Positions 42,151 through 53,292 are shown, counted from the stretch's first letter. The stretch: DNA of 64,000 nucleotides from Candidatus Latescibacterota bacterium (GCA_965217865.1 CBDCJO010000002.1:576001-640000); one strand, 5' to 3'. Notes: generated by a model from the letters alone, not told the origin. Numbers and translations are program-made.

Positions 42151-44601
42151 TCACTCCTTGTTCGGATCGAGGCGGTCGAGAAATCGTCCAGCGGTTCGTT
42201 GCGTAATGGGAAAGGCCAGCCCTGCCACCCAGAGGCGGGCAGTTTCGGGAGACGTGGTACCGCCGCGCACGGTGCAACGGACACCAGCGGCATGCAGACG
42301 ACGCAAAGCAAGGGCGATGGCTGACGCGGCATTGCCCGCAGCAAGACGGCGGACAATCACCGGGTCGGCGCCGATATCGAGCTTGTTTCCGGAGCGGGTT
42401 TTGAGAGGCCAGGGAAGCATGCAGAGGCGAATCGCCATCCAGGCGTCGTCAGGCCAGTTCGACGTCTGGGGCAGTTCCATGGGGAGGCATTGCTCCGCCC
42501 AGGCCTTGCGGTCCAGAGCCATAAGGGCGCGCGCCATAGCCAATGTTCGATCCAGGTCCACGCCTCCTGATAGCAACGCGACGAGATCGGCGGTGCAGGC
42601 CGCGGCGCGAGGCCCAGCTTTGAGCGGCAGATGTCGATCGCCGCGTTGTGAAGCCTCAACTAAGCGCCGTTCGATCAAGGCGACGGCATCGTCAACCCCG
42701 CGGCGACCATGCATGACGACTTCAGGTTGCACATCCAGCCGTGTACCGGCTCCCGTGCCGGTCGTAGCGAAGCGCCACGGCTGCTTACGATCCAAGGACA
42801 GCCAATGCCGTCGGATCGGATCGATTGGCGTTCCCTTTTCACGGCGGAACCCGCGTGCCTGTAACGCGAAGGCGACCGCTAATCGAGCCTCGGGGGTTCC
42901 ATCATAGGTGGCGGCCACCCACTCAGGACGCAAGCGAGGCACAGGTTGAGCACCGTAGCCACTGCCATGGGCCATTATCTCTTCAACTTCCCCCAACTGT
43001 AGGATGACACGCTGCCAGGATTCGTGCTGGTAGGGATGTTGGGTCGCAGTGAAGAGAGCCTCGACGAGACGCCTCTCGACCGCAACAAGGCGAGCCGGCG
43101 CGTTCTGGTCGCGCGCCTCTCGGCGTATGTGACGTAGCCATGTATCAAGATCGTCAATGCAGGCCAAGTGTTCGGACTGCTGATCCGCAACATCGAATCG
43201 ACCCAACGGTACGGCGAGATTGGATTTACCGTTACGTTCGATGTAGCCGTATCGTTGAAACGCACTGATGCCTCGCGCTGTGCCCAGCCGCACAACGGCC
43301 CGCGCAAGGTCCAGAGGTTCGCGTACGGCCTTGGCGCCAACCTGTGCGCGTCCCTCTGCAAGCAAATGGCGTAGCTCCGTAAAGGTCGATGGGTGCGACC
43401 AAAGCGGCATCCACTGCTCGCCCCGGGCGCTCTCATCGTGGGCTGATGCACTGGCGTAGCCCGCGCTGCACGCATTGACGACAAACGGTGAGGCCGCACG
43501 CGATGAATCCAACGACCCGAAGCGGCGCGTTGCATGCGAAATGAATACAGTGGCGCCCTCAAGCATGAGCACAAAGTCCAACGGATTCACCATGCTGTTC
43601 CCCTCCGGGCCATTGCCGTTGTTCGCTCCTCCGGCAGTGCCAGGCAGGTATTGGCCGACAGGTCGCCCCGTCGGATAGTCAGAAATGAGCACACCCCAAA
43701 GCGAACCTTGAACCCAAGAAGTCGCAGTATGTCGGGGTTTGCCTTGGTCACTAGCAAGGTCGAAGACCTCAACGAGCCACTGCATAAAGTTGTTTGTGAA
43801 GTCAAGATTGCCGTCGTTGCCTCCGGTGCCAAGCAATGCCGGACTATTGAACTGATTGTTCGATTCTCTAAGCCGTCTTTTGTAGTTTTCCGATCCCTTC
43901 ATCCTGGAGAATAGCTCTTTTAGGCGTTGGTTTTCTTCCTTAAGCTGGTCCTTTTCTGCTCCTTTTGTCTTCAAATCCTTGATTGTTTTTTCGGCTATAT
44001 CTCTGGTATGCAAGAATTCTTTATAATCTTCGGCAGCCTTGATCTGTTCTTTTGCCTTCTTGAGTCGTTGTTCTGCTTTCTCCAAGTCACGTTTGTTCTC
44101 GGAATCTCTGATTTGATCTCTGTCTTTTTGGGCTTTACTTAGGTCAGAATGCAGCCGCTCGTAGTCTTCCAAATATCTGCGCCGATCTCTCTCCACGTCG
44201 TGCTCACCGGTCTTGGTCTCCGCCTTTATATCTCTGACTTTTTTATCAGCCCTTGATAGATCATCAAGCGCAGAACGGCTGGCTTTGATTGCATTGCGGA
44301 AGTTTTTGAATCGAACGGCCTTGGATTTCTCGATTTGAGATAGAGCTGAGCCCTTAGCGATGAAGAACCCGGATCCCTTGTTCCACGGCGACACAAGGGG
44401 CGTCGGTTGATACCGGTATAAGAAAAATCTCTCAAGCTCCTCGCGGGTTAAGGTGGTCGCTAGTTGAAAGTGATCCCCGTCCCACCAACCACGAGCGTTG
44501 GCGTCAACCTGTTCGGAAACCAAGCGCAGGATGCCAAGCGCCTTGAGGTAGTGTGCGAGTGGAGCCGGTGCACAGCCGTGGAGTCGATGGATGTGAATCA
44601 T
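42151..44601 (-). CDS. csx17: Type I-G large subunit Cas8u1/Csx17
   Basis: GCAPAPLAHYLKALGILR, PWNKGSGF, LLGTGGNDG.LDF, NP.DFVLMLEG, RGE.WMPLW, F.RYG..ERNG. Confidence 0.92.
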   Translation of the reverse strand: MIHIHRLHGCAPAPLAHYLKALGILRLVSEQVDANARGWWDGDHFQLATTLTREELERFFLYRYQPTPLVSPWNKGSGFFIAKGSALSQIEKSKAVRFKNFRNAIKASRSALDDLSRADKKVRDIKAETKTGEHDVERDRRRYLEDYERLHSDLSKAQKDRDQIRDSENKRDLEKAEQRLKKAKEQIKAAEDYKEFLHTRDIAEKTIKDLKTKGAEKDQLKEENQRLKELFSRMKGSENYKRRLRESNNQFNSPALLGTGGNDGNLDFTNNFMQWLVEVFDLASDQGKPRHTATSWVQGSLWGVLISDYPTGRPVGQYLPGTAGGANNGNGPEGNSMVNPLDFVLMLEGATVFISHATRRFGSLDSSRAASPFVVNACSAGYASASAHDESARGEQWMPLWSHPSTFTELRHLLAEGRAQVGAKAVREPLDLARAVVRLGTARGISAFQRYGYIERNGKSNLAVPLGRFDVADQQSEHLACIDDLDTWLRHIRREARDQNAPARLVAVERRLVEALFTATQHPYQHESWQRVILQLGEVEEIMAHGSGYGAQPVPRLRPEWVAATYDGTPEARLAVAFALQARGFRREKGTPIDPIRRHWLSLDRKQPWRFATTGTGAGTRLDVQPEVVMHGRRGVDDAVALIERRLVEASQRGDRHLPLKAGPRAAACTADLVALLSGGVDLDRTLAMARALMALDRKAWAEQCLPMELPQTSNWPDDAWMAIRLCMLPWPLKTRSGNKLDIGADPVIVRRLAAGNAASAIALALRRLHAAGVRCTVRGGTTSPETARLWVAGLAFPITQRTAGRFLDRLDPNKE

Positions 44602-44739
44602 AGTCAACTCTTTTGCTCGAAACGACGGCACCAAATTGCGGCGTGGAGTAGTGAATCGTGTCGGTCGTAGTTTCGTAGGGCGGTTAAGTAGCGCGGGGAT
44701 TCTTCTCCAGTCGATATAGCGAGATCTACGAGCGGCAGG

Positions 44740-47538
44740 TCAAGCCAGCACATTGGTCTCTTTCTCGAGTAAAGGATCAGCAACCGCTTGAGCCGAGGCC
44801 CGAAGGTCGGCGGCGCGCAGTATTGCTTCCAGCCAGGCAAGGGTAAATGGTCCAAAGCGTTCGACCAGATTCAGCACGCGTTCGGTCCAACTCTTGCCCG
44901 TGCGCGGGCTCAGGCCAGCCGCAGACGGTGAGAGGTCAAGCGCGGTAGCTGGCAGTTGGTGAAGCACTCCGTCAGAGGTTGCCAGCGGTAGCGTCGGCAA
45001 CATCTCACCTTCGCGAACGCCGCGGATGCGTAGCCGGGTATCGTCCGCCTTCTGGTCCGCAGGGCCGGAGTGCCATGTCATGCGAACCTTACCGTGATGG
45101 GCGCAGACGAGGTAGGCGACCAGATCGAACTCCTCACCGCTTAGATCGAGGATTTCCTGTTCGATGGTCGTGAGTTCAGCGGGCGCTGGGTCTACGCAAA
45201 CGGCATCTTCCCCCGGATTGAAAAAAGCGCTGTTTGTTTCACTTATGGCGCCCAACCACTCGCGCCAAGGACCGAGAAGAGCCTGATGTTCCGGATCGTG
45301 ACGTTGGAGCACGCCAAACAGGCCCAGTGTGCTGGCCAATTCGTGGCGGAAACCGCGCCGCTGGTCAGTAGAGTCGATGCGGTAATAGTTGCTCGCACTG
45401 CACGGCCACGCGATATCCGGCGCCTTGGCAATGTCGTCGCGTACGGGACGGTTTTCAGCCTTGATCGAGCCCTGAAAAGCGGGATGTGCCTTGCCGAGAT
45501 CATGCCAGCGTCCTGCCAAGTGCAACAGTTTGGCGAGGGCCGGGGGGACTTGGTCCGCGATGCGTTCGACTTCCCGTCCCACCTGCAGGCCGTGGCTGGC
45601 GATGGTTTGCCAGCCGTCGGTGAGACTCAGGGATTCGTCGTCTTCACTCGCGTCCGCATACTCGTCAGGTGGAAGTTCACGCACGCGCCGCTCGCCCGGG
45701 CACCAGCCGTCGCCATCGCGTTTCCAGCAAGGATGTCTGGCGTACTGAACTGCCTCGTCCACTGGTACGGGGTCAACTTGGCCCTTCGCGTGTGGGTCCC
45801 AGCCGCGACCTTCGTCGTACCCCCCCACGCGACTCTCCACCAGCACTGTCTGGCCGGGGTAGAGATCACGGCGCTTGACCTCACGCCATTCGCGGTTCAG
45901 CCAATCCCAGACCCAGGCATGCTTGTCAGGTTTCAGGTTCTCGGACTTCGGTCTGCATAGCCAGTCACGGGCTTTGAGAAAGGGCACGCTACAAAGCTCG
46001 CTACGAGTAGGTTTCATATCCGAGGATGGCTCACCACCATCGACGTCGGCCCAGAAGACCTGTACGTCGCGTTCATCGCCCGACCGGATAAAGCGGCTGA
46101 TATCGATGTCTGCCCCCGATAGATCTGGTGAGGTGTCGAACAGTTCGTTCAACTCGTGGCGCAGCAGCAGATGCGTGGGTTGATAGGGATAGAGGCGCGG
46201 CAGCAACTCAACGTTCTCTTCCTCGAAGCGCTCAAGATGGCTCGGCGCAACGTCGTGCAACAAGTTGCAGGCATCGCGCGCAACGGCAAGCTCGTCCATC
46301 GTATATGGCGACGCCTTCTTATCGGTGCCGTGCTCGAAATCGGCGACAATGACCTCACCTGCACCGCCCCATCGAGCGCAACGACCGAATCGTTGCACCA
46401 GGCTGGTCCATGGCGCAAGTTCGGTGACCAACAGTGATGCCGAGATGTCCACACCAGCTTCGACCACCTGAGTGGAAACGATGATGCGATTCGTCCCGGC
46501 GGTACAAGCTGCGCGATTGAGGAAATCGCCGCACCAAGCTAAGCGTTTGGTGGGGCGAAACCGGCTGTGTACCAAGCGAACATCTGTGTCAGCCAGCGCC
46601 TTTTCTGACTTGAGTGCTTTCCAAACGTCAACGGCCCGCTCGACCGTATTGAGCACGACCAGCGTTGGTTCTTCTTTCCCACGGCCGAGATGTCTGTGAC
46701 GCTGAGAAACGTATCGAGCGAGCGCCTTTGGATTCTTGAATGCGGCGACTTCGACGGGCTTCTGTACACCGTCCCATAGACGACCGGTCCTGTCCTTGGG
46801 TTCGATGCTGTGGGTTCTTTGCGCCAGTTCGGGGACCAAGTCGGCGGTGTCCGGGCTCGTCTCCAGCCAGTCACGCTGTAACGTGGCGCTCATCCACCAA
46901 GTGAAACAGGGGCGCAGCGACTTGCTGGCTTCCCGGTCTTCGGTCCGAAAAACCTGAATCTGTCCCGAGGTGGCAAGGCCCACATCCATCAACTGCACTT
47001 CATCCATCACCCAAAGGGCGTCCTGGTTCAGCAGACCGAATTCCATGGGCCAACGCGCCCGTGGGCTGGCGTAGCCCCGGTTCATGGCGCGCGACAGCAA
47101 CATGTCCTGCGTGCCGATCAATACGGCATCGCACTCGGGATAAAGATGCCACTGACCGGCGTCCACACCGCCCATGAGCAAATGGACGCCGATCTTTCCG
47201 TCATGCGCGCTCTTCTTATCCCACAGCACTCCGAGACGTTCGAGTACTGCCCGGGCTTCTTTCTCTGTCTGCTCGACAAGCACCCGCATAGGTAGGCACC
47301 AAATCAGGCGGCGAGGCCAATCGTCGTTTCGTTGCCGCACCCGATGCCATGTCCAGGCCGCGAACACGCCCAGCGTCTTTCCAAATCCGGTCGGGATGCG
47401 TATTAGCCGGTTACCGCAATCTTTGGAAGTTGCCAGTTTCGTTTGCCAAGTGAGCGGTTCCGTCTTGCCGCACAACTTGGTAAAGAACTTGGCGAAATCT
47501 GTCGCGTTCATCTCACTTACGACCATCGCTTCGCTCAT
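44740..47538 (-). CDS. cas3: Type I-G Cas3 (helicase with C-terminal HD domain)
   Basis: PTGFGKT, DEVQ, SAT, QVVEAGVD, QRFGRCAR; C-terminal H...WHDLGK...RHE...HHG...AD. Confidence 0.95.
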   Translation of the reverse strand: MSEAMVVSEMNATDFAKFFTKLCGKTEPLTWQTKLATSKDCGNRLIRIPTGFGKTLGVFAAWTWHRVRQRNDDWPRRLIWCLPMRVLVEQTEKEARAVLERLGVLWDKKSAHDGKIGVHLLMGGVDAGQWHLYPECDAVLIGTQDMLLSRAMNRGYASPRARWPMEFGLLNQDALWVMDEVQLMDVGLATSGQIQVFRTEDREASKSLRPCFTWWMSATLQRDWLETSPDTADLVPELAQRTHSIEPKDRTGRLWDGVQKPVEVAAFKNPKALARYVSQRHRHLGRGKEEPTLVVLNTVERAVDVWKALKSEKALADTDVRLVHSRFRPTKRLAWCGDFLNRAACTAGTNRIIVSTQVVEAGVDISASLLVTELAPWTSLVQRFGRCARWGGAGEVIVADFEHGTDKKASPYTMDELAVARDACNLLHDVAPSHLERFEEENVELLPRLYPYQPTHLLLRHELNELFDTSPDLSGADIDISRFIRSGDERDVQVFWADVDGGEPSSDMKPTRSELCSVPFLKARDWLCRPKSENLKPDKHAWVWDWLNREWREVKRRDLYPGQTVLVESRVGGYDEGRGWDPHAKGQVDPVPVDEAVQYARHPCWKRDGDGWCPGERRVRELPPDEYADASEDDESLSLTDGWQTIASHGLQVGREVERIADQVPPALAKLLHLAGRWHDLGKAHPAFQGSIKAENRPVRDDIAKAPDIAWPCSASNYYRIDSTDQRRGFRHELASTLGLFGVLQRHDPEHQALLGPWREWLGAISETNSAFFNPGEDAVCVDPAPAELTTIEQEILDLSGEEFDLVAYLVCAHHGKVRMTWHSGPADQKADDTRLRIRGVREGEMLPTLPLATSDGVLHQLPATALDLSPSAAGLSPRTGKSWTERVLNLVERFGPFTLAWLEAILRAADLRASAQAVADPLLEKETNVLA

Positions 47539-47699
47539 CCACGTGGCGGTCGGTCGACAATTATGTCTTGGACAAGGTGCGGTACTTCTTGCAGAGACGG
47601 CACTCGCGAGGCACCCAGAAGTTCAGTGATTGAGGTGGTGTTTGGCCAGCGGGAAGTGATCCGGCTACGGCATATGTATAATACACTTTTGCGAGGTAT

Positions 47700-47914
47700 G
47701 CGTCAAGTTGCCCCGGCCGCTGACGGCAAGCGAGGACGCGGCGATCCACGCCAACAACGTCTTCGCCTTTGAACTGCTGCGCGAGGTGGCTGAAGAAACC
47801 GAACCGGGTAAGAATGTGTTCGTGTCTCCGCTGAGCGTGTCGATGGCGATTGGAATGACCCTGAACGGCGTCGCGGCAGATTCGACTGCCATGACGCTCA
47901 CGTTTAGCGGGTGA
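47700..47914 (+). pseudogene. Serpin N-terminal fragment
   Basis: NNVFAFELL...NVFVSPLSVSMA.GM..NG. Confidence 0.7.
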
Positions 47915-47925
47915 GCTCCACGGCT

Positions 47926-48777
47926 TCAGAACACGTAGCGCAAGGATATCCGAAGTCCATGGCTCGACAGATTCGCTCTGGTTTCGGCAAGATCGATCTC
48001 CAGCGGGTCGCGACTTCCGTCGCGCCAGACAATCCGACCCTTGGTCTTGCCGGTTTCGACGATGCCGGAATCCGTGTAACGCCAAGCAAGACCAAGGATC
48101 ATCCTCTTCCGTAGCGATGTCGACACTCCCGCGGTCAGCATCCAGGCGAAATTAACCGTCGTCCCGCGCGGAACGACGGTCGTCGTCTTCAGGAACGCCA
48201 TCCGCGTTTCATCAATACCGATGCGGGACAGGCCGACGCCACCCCCGGTAAAGGGGCTGAAGGGACCGAGCCGGGGCAGGCCAGATTCGGCAAGGTCCAG
48301 GTAAGCGGCAAGCATGCCGGACAGGGAGGCCAAATTCGCCGAAACCGCCTGCCTGTCCGTGGCCTTGGGTTGCACAAAATTGGCGCGACCCTCGAATGAA
48401 AAGCCCGGATGATACTGAATCACAGCCTCCAGCCGCAGGGCAGGCACCACGACATAGCCAACCCCGAGATTGAAACCGGCCATTGGTCCGAAATCGCCGA
48501 GCGAGCTCAAAGGTGCGCCGTCCACGCCGGTCCCGCAGCCATAAAGCGCATTCGGAGAGGCGCTCGAACAATCCTTATCCTTGAATCGCGTTTTTCCCGA
48601 CCAGTCGAAAACAACTCCCGTCACCAAATAGAAATCTTCAGGCGACATAGTGGGCAGGCCCGCCTGCGCGAATGCCATGACCGGAATGACAGCCGCCATA
48701 ACAGCCGAGACGAGTGCCGTCCGGAGCCATAATGCACAAAAACCGATCATCGATTCGTGGCGTTTGGACGTTTTCAA
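47926..48777 (-). CDS. Opacity-like outer-membrane beta-barrel protein
   Basis: Signal peptide, GVGY...LRLE, FAW...AGV, terminal LRYVF. Confidence 0.75.
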   Translation of the reverse strand: MKTSKRHESMIGFCALWLRTALVSAVMAAVIPVMAFAQAGLPTMSPEDFYLVTGVVFDWSGKTRFKDKDCSSASPNALYGCGTGVDGAPLSSLGDFGPMAGFNLGVGYVVVPALRLEAVIQYHPGFSFEGRANFVQPKATDRQAVSANLASLSGMLAAYLDLAESGLPRLGPFSPFTGGGVGLSRIGIDETRMAFLKTTTVVPRGTTVNFAWMLTAGVSTSLRKRMILGLAWRYTDSGIVETGKTKGRIVWRDGSRDPLEIDLAETRANLSSHGLRISLRYVF

Positions 48778-49289
48778 GATGTGTTATTCCCTTGTACATA
48801 TCCCATATTTACCAGCATATTGAGTTTTTTTGACATTCGGTTTTTTCCCCTTCATCGTGCAATGGAGTTCTGGAATGTCCGAGCTCGAACTCCAGGAAAT
48901 CACACGGCAGCCGGAGAACCCTCAAGTTCACCACTTCATCCATTTTGTTCCGGATACGCAGAAGCGTAAAACATGGCTGATCCGATGGTTCTGTCCGGAA
49001 AATCACACGGAAGCCGGAAAATCCTTCACCCCATTTTGTCCTTCCGTACATCAAAAATAGCCCTTTTTCGAAGTTTTTTCCGGCCTCCTTTTCGATTTCC
49101 ACAATAATTCAGTGTTCATCCCACCCATCCTCCTTCAAAACGTTGTATATAATACAATTTTGCAAGATATTCGTCAAGATTTCATCTAAAGAGATCAATG
49201 ATTTTTTTCCTGAATTTTTGCTTGCAACAAGAACCTCGCGGTTTCCGGTATGGGAGTGCAATTCACTTTTGTCCCCCCCCCTTGAAAGT

Positions 49290-49881
49290 ATGACGCGCCG
49301 AGAAGGAAAGTACGAGCGCCCAAGATGACGAACTCGCCCACCGGGAATCGGAGAACATGCCGGAGTGGGCCGAGGGCAATGAAGCCGCCTATTGGGAGGC
49401 GGCGGACCAGCATGAGCGGGTCAACGGGCGGCTTTTCCGTGAAGTGGAATTTGCCTTGCCCAGAGAGTTGAACGAGGGCGATCAGGTTGAACTGGCGCGG
49501 GAATTCGCTGGCCGGTTGACCCGCAGCGGCGACGGAGAGCGGTTGCCTTACACGCTTGCCGTGCATCGTGGGAAGGGGGAGAACCCCCACGCCCACCTGA
49601 GGATCTCGGAGTGGGCCAATGATGGCATCGAGCGGGACGCGGCGCAGTGGTTCCGGCGTTACAACGGCAAGGCCCCGGAGAAAGGCGGCGCGCGCAAGAG
49701 CATGACAACGAGGCCGAAGGATTGGCTGGAGCAGACCCGCAAGGATTGGGCCGATCATGTGAACCAGGCGCTGGAGCGGGCGGGGAGCCGGGAGAGGATT
49801 ACCGGAGCGAGCCTGCAGCAGCAGTACCGGGACGCCCTGGAGGCCGGTGACGAGCGCGCGGCCGCTTCCGCTGTCCGGTGA
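49290..49881 (+). pseudogene. MobA/MobL (MOBQ) relaxase, truncated
   Basis: REGKY, MPEWA...W.AAD..ER.NGRL.RE.E.ALP.EL, H....NPHAH. Confidence 0.85.
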
Positions 49882-50151
49882 TCTGCCGTAAGACCGGACC
49901 ACCGGGTTCGGCTTCCAGTGAATACGTACCGGAAGACCTTCCCAAACGTCGAACCAGGCTGTTAAACAAGGCCGACGGGAAAAACAGAGAATCAGAGAAT
50001 CCTGAGGAGACATCTCTGCTCAGCGGACGCAACCCCACGGTTGTGCTCGAACACCGGGGGAACGCTTCGAAACAGAGAATCGGCAGAGAGGGGAAGGAGG
50101 TGGCCCAAGTGTTTGTGAATACGGCAGAAACGACAAGACTCCGAAGGGTTG
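49860..50151 (+). repeat. Dispersed repeat A, copy 2
   Basis: Similar to 27318..27558 but with an extra internal segment. Confidence 0.8.
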
Positions 50152-50744
50152 TCCCACGGGGTCTTGCGTTAACGGACGACCGCCGAAGTTGGCGGATTGG
50201 AATATGGCTCCCCATATGATCCTTTCCCCGGAACCATTCTCTGTTCGTCAGACGTAACATGCCGTATTGAAAGGATCTATCGTAATTGCGCCCGCACCGT
50301 CGAGGCGGAAACCATGTCAAGACGTCAAGATCGATTCCCGTTTTTCCAGTCATATCAGTCGTTTCTTCCACATTGGGACCGGCTCCCCAACTGCACCCTT
50401 TTCCTAGCCGCTCACCTTCACGCCAGAGAGAGAAACCTCTTATATTTGAGGGAGTTGTGGAACATGGACGCCTGGAGGGTGCGGGAATCAGTCGACTTTT
50501 TGTCACTGGCCTCAGGTCGGCGTGACGGCGAAGTCGGGGCGATTTCTGGAGTTTTTGGAGATCCTGAAAAGGCCGGGGCGAATCTCAATGTCTCGAACCT
50601 GGCCGTCATCCAACGGGCCGCGACCGCTTCTGATCACTTGGATCTGAAGCTTCCCTAGGTTGACAGCTTCCGGCCAAACGGCTATATTACTGTATTCCGG
50701 GGGAGGGGGAGAGGGGATTCGATCGAAATTTGAGGAACAACCCC

Positions 50745-51002
50745 ATGCAAAGTAGATTGCCCATGCACCGGAGCCCACGATGCGGTGCCAGGACGAGAAG
50801 CGGGATGCCGTGCCGGTCACCCGCGATGACGAACGGCCGTTGCCGGATGCACGGGGGAGCATCGCCCGGCGCACCGGTCGGTAACACGAACGCCTTCAAA
50901 CACGGTCTTTTCACCGCCGCGGCGACCGCCGAGCGGCGGGAAGTGGCTGCGCTCATTCGTGAGATGAAGAGTCTTGTCGAGCAGGTCGACGGTCAAGACT
51001 GA
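50745..51002 (+). CDS. HGGxSTG-like domain protein, copy 1
   Basis: CGARTRSG.PC..PAM.NGRCRMHGG.SPG...GN.NAFKHG. Confidence 0.75.
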   Translation: MQSRLPMHRSPRCGARTRSGMPCRSPAMTNGRCRMHGGASPGAPVGNTNAFKHGLFTAAATAERREVAALIREMKSLVEQVDGQD

Positions 51003-51491
51003 CCAGCCGTGCAGCCTGTGCGGTTCCTTTTCGCCCCCCGAGACGCTGACCGGCGACGGACGGACGGTGCTGATCGTCGAAGGCGAAAAGTGCGCGGACG
51101 TGGCGGCCCGGGTTTTCAACCGTATCTGACGCTGGCCTTGGCGGCGAAGGGGACCGGTGATCCTTCCCAACGAGTTGGAGAGAGTGATCGGCCCGGGTGA
51201 CCTTTACGGCGGCAGCGATCCGCAGCCTGGGCGCGCGGTCTACACTCCATTCCAGGTAGTATCGCATGGGCTCGAACCGACTTGTGGTTGACAGATATAT
51301 ATCCGTGCACTATATATCGAGGTCGGCTTCAAGTGCGAAGGCCGGGGGAGGACCCGCGTCATTTGCATCTCCGCCACACCAGCGAACCCCGCCCACCCGG
51401 AATACAACGGGGCACGACCGTTCACACCGTCCGCCCGTCCGAACCGCCGAGGCCGTCGCCGTGCTGTCGGCGATGGGTATCGAGAAAAGGG

Positions 51492-51565
51492 GCATTCACC
51501 CATGACCAAAAGGAAATCCGCCAAAGGAAAGGAGCATTCACCCATGACCAAAAGGAAATCCGCCA
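51492..51565 (+). repeat. Direct tandem repeat with a 42-bp period
   Basis: GCATTCACCCATGACCAAAAGGAAATCCGCCA occurs twice. Confidence 0.85.
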
Positions 51566-52080
51566 GGGGAGATAAGGTCATGAAAGTCGTCGTAAACGAT
51601 CCGGACGACCGTAAAGGCGAGTTTAAGACCATCGGCGGCTCGCAGTCCGATCACTGGAACAACCTGCTCGGCAATCAGGCGGCGCAGTCCCTCTGGATCG
51701 GGAACTCCGAGACCGAGACCCACAGACAGCAGATCAGTGCCACCGCCGCCGCGCTGGCCAGCATCGGTCCGAGGGACGAGTTGGAGGGCATGATGGCGGC
51801 GCAGCTGATCGCCGCCCACAACGCCGCGATGGAGTGCTATCGCCGCGCCATGTTCGTCGACCAGACCTTCGTGGGGCGGCGCGAGAGCCTGAACCAGGCG
51901 AACAAGCTGTCCCGAACGTGGACGACCCTGCTGGAGGCCCTCGACAAGCATCGCGGCAAGGGGCAGCAGAAGGTGACGGTCGAGCATGTGTACGTCCACG
52001 CGGGTGGGCAGGCAGTGGTCGGCATGGTCGAAACACAGGGGAGGGATCGCACTAAATCGGAGGCACAATCCCCTGCATAG
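51502..52080 (+). CDS. Conserved hypothetical protein upstream of the HGGxSTG gene
   Basis: PRDELEGM.AAQ..A.H.AAM.C...RGKGQQKVTVEHV.V..GGQAVVG. Confidence 0.7.
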   Translation: MTKRKSAKGKEHSPMTKRKSARGDKVMKVVVNDPDDRKGEFKTIGGSQSDHWNNLLGNQAAQSLWIGNSETETHRQQISATAAALASIGPRDELEGMMAAQLIAAHNAAMECYRRAMFVDQTFVGRRESLNQANKLSRTWTTLLEALDKHRGKGQQKVTVEHVYVHAGGQAVVGMVETQGRDRTKSEAQSPA

Positions 52081-52089
52081 CACTTGCCC

Positions 52090-52341
52090 ATGCACCGGAG
52101 CCCGCGTTGCGGCGCCTGGACGAGAAGCGGGATGCCGTGCCGGTCACCCGCGATGACGAACGGTCGTTGCCGGATGCACGGGGGAGCATCGCCCGGCGCA
52201 CCGGCCGGTAACACGAACGCCTTCAAACACGGTCTTTTCACCGCCGCGGCGATCGCCGAGCGGCGGGAAACGGCTGCGCTTATTCGTGAGATGGAGGGCC
52301 TTTCTGCCGCTGGGATACCTACCCTACCGGAGACCGTCTGA
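52090..52341 (+). CDS. HGGxSTG-like domain protein, copy 2
   Basis: Near-identical to 50745..51002. Confidence 0.7.
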   Translation: MHRSPRCGAWTRSGMPCRSPAMTNGRCRMHGGASPGAPAGNTNAFKHGLFTAAAIAERRETAALIREMEGLSAAGIPTLPETV

Positions 52342-52446
52342 AAGTGTCGGAGAAGAGGTCAGGAGACGATCTGGCCCAGGATGGAGTGTCGAAAAAATAT
52401 CCTTGGTAGTAGTATATGACGGTTAGAGGGGCCACCCGGGAGTGAT

Positions 52447-53292
52447 ATGAATAATCCGGACGACGATCCGAAATATACGATGGGTCGCAGCTGGGAGGAG
52501 ACGGACCGGTTGATTCGGCAGTCGCGGCTGTATGAGGGTCTGACCCGGCGTTTTCTCAAGGAGGCGGGCCTGGTCAGCGGGATGAGGGTCCTCGATATCG
52601 GCAGTGGTGCCGGAGACGTGGCGCTGGCCGCAACTGAACTGGTTGGTCCGGCAGGTCAGGTTGTGGGCGTGGATGTCAACGGGAAGATTCTGGAAACGGC
52701 TCGAGTGCGGGTCGGAAAAGCGGGATGGACAAATGTCGAATTCGTGGCGGGGGACGCGCGAACCCTTGATCTGGGGGGCGACTTCGATGCCCTGGTGGGC
52801 CGGTTTGTCCTCATGTATATGTCCGACCCCTCAGAGGCTCTGAAACAATTCGCCGGGTGCCTTCGCCCGGGGGGCATCGTGGCTTTTCAGGAGATTGATT
52901 TCATGTTTCGACGCTCGTTTCATCCTCCGAATACCCCCCTTGCGAAAAAGCTGATCGGTTGGGCTATCGCAGTGTTTGAGTGTTCGGGTGTGCATACCGG
53001 TATGGGCTTCGACCTGTATCGTGCTTTCGTCGATGCCGGTCTGCCTGAACCTGTCCTGGAGGGCACGGTGCTGGGGGGCGGTTCAGCAGGGTGGCCCGGA
53101 TACGAATACATCGCTGACAGCGTTCAAAGCGTTCTTCCTCTTATGGAGGAGTATGGAATTGCAACCTCTGAAGAGGTGGATGTGAAGACGTTGCCGGAGC
53201 GGCTTCGGAAAGAAGTCGTTGCGGCGAAATCTCCGGTTTTATTGCCGATGAATATAACCGCATGGACACGGCTGACGATGGACAGCGCATGA
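52447..53292 (+). CDS. Class I SAM-dependent methyltransferase
   Basis: VLDIGSGAGD, GVD, FDALVGR, LRPGG. Confidence 0.9.
   Translation: MNNPDDDPKYTMGRSWEETDRLIRQSRLYEGLTRRFLKEAGLVSGMRVLDIGSGAGDVALAATELVGPAGQVVGVDVNGKILETARVRVGKAGWTNVEFVAGDARTLDLGGDFDALVGRFVLMYMSDPSEALKQFAGCLRPGGIVAFQEIDFMFRRSFHPPNTPLAKKLIGWAIAVFECSGVHTGMGFDLYRAFVDAGLPEPVLEGTVLGGGSAGWPGYEYIADSVQSVLPLMEEYGIATSEEVDVKTLPERLRKEVVAAKSPVLLPMNITAWTRLTMDSA

Noticed and set aside
42147-42356. N-terminal extension of Cas7
   Set aside because: It overlaps the csx17 3' end; a GGAG RBS precedes the ATG at 42146
44604-44855. Small ORF between cas3 and csx17
   Set aside because: Partly overlaps cas3 and has no recognisable motif
51492-51565. 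Mini-CRISPR array
   Set aside because: The 32-bp units are separated by only 10 bp and are in frame at a gene start, so this is a simple duplication
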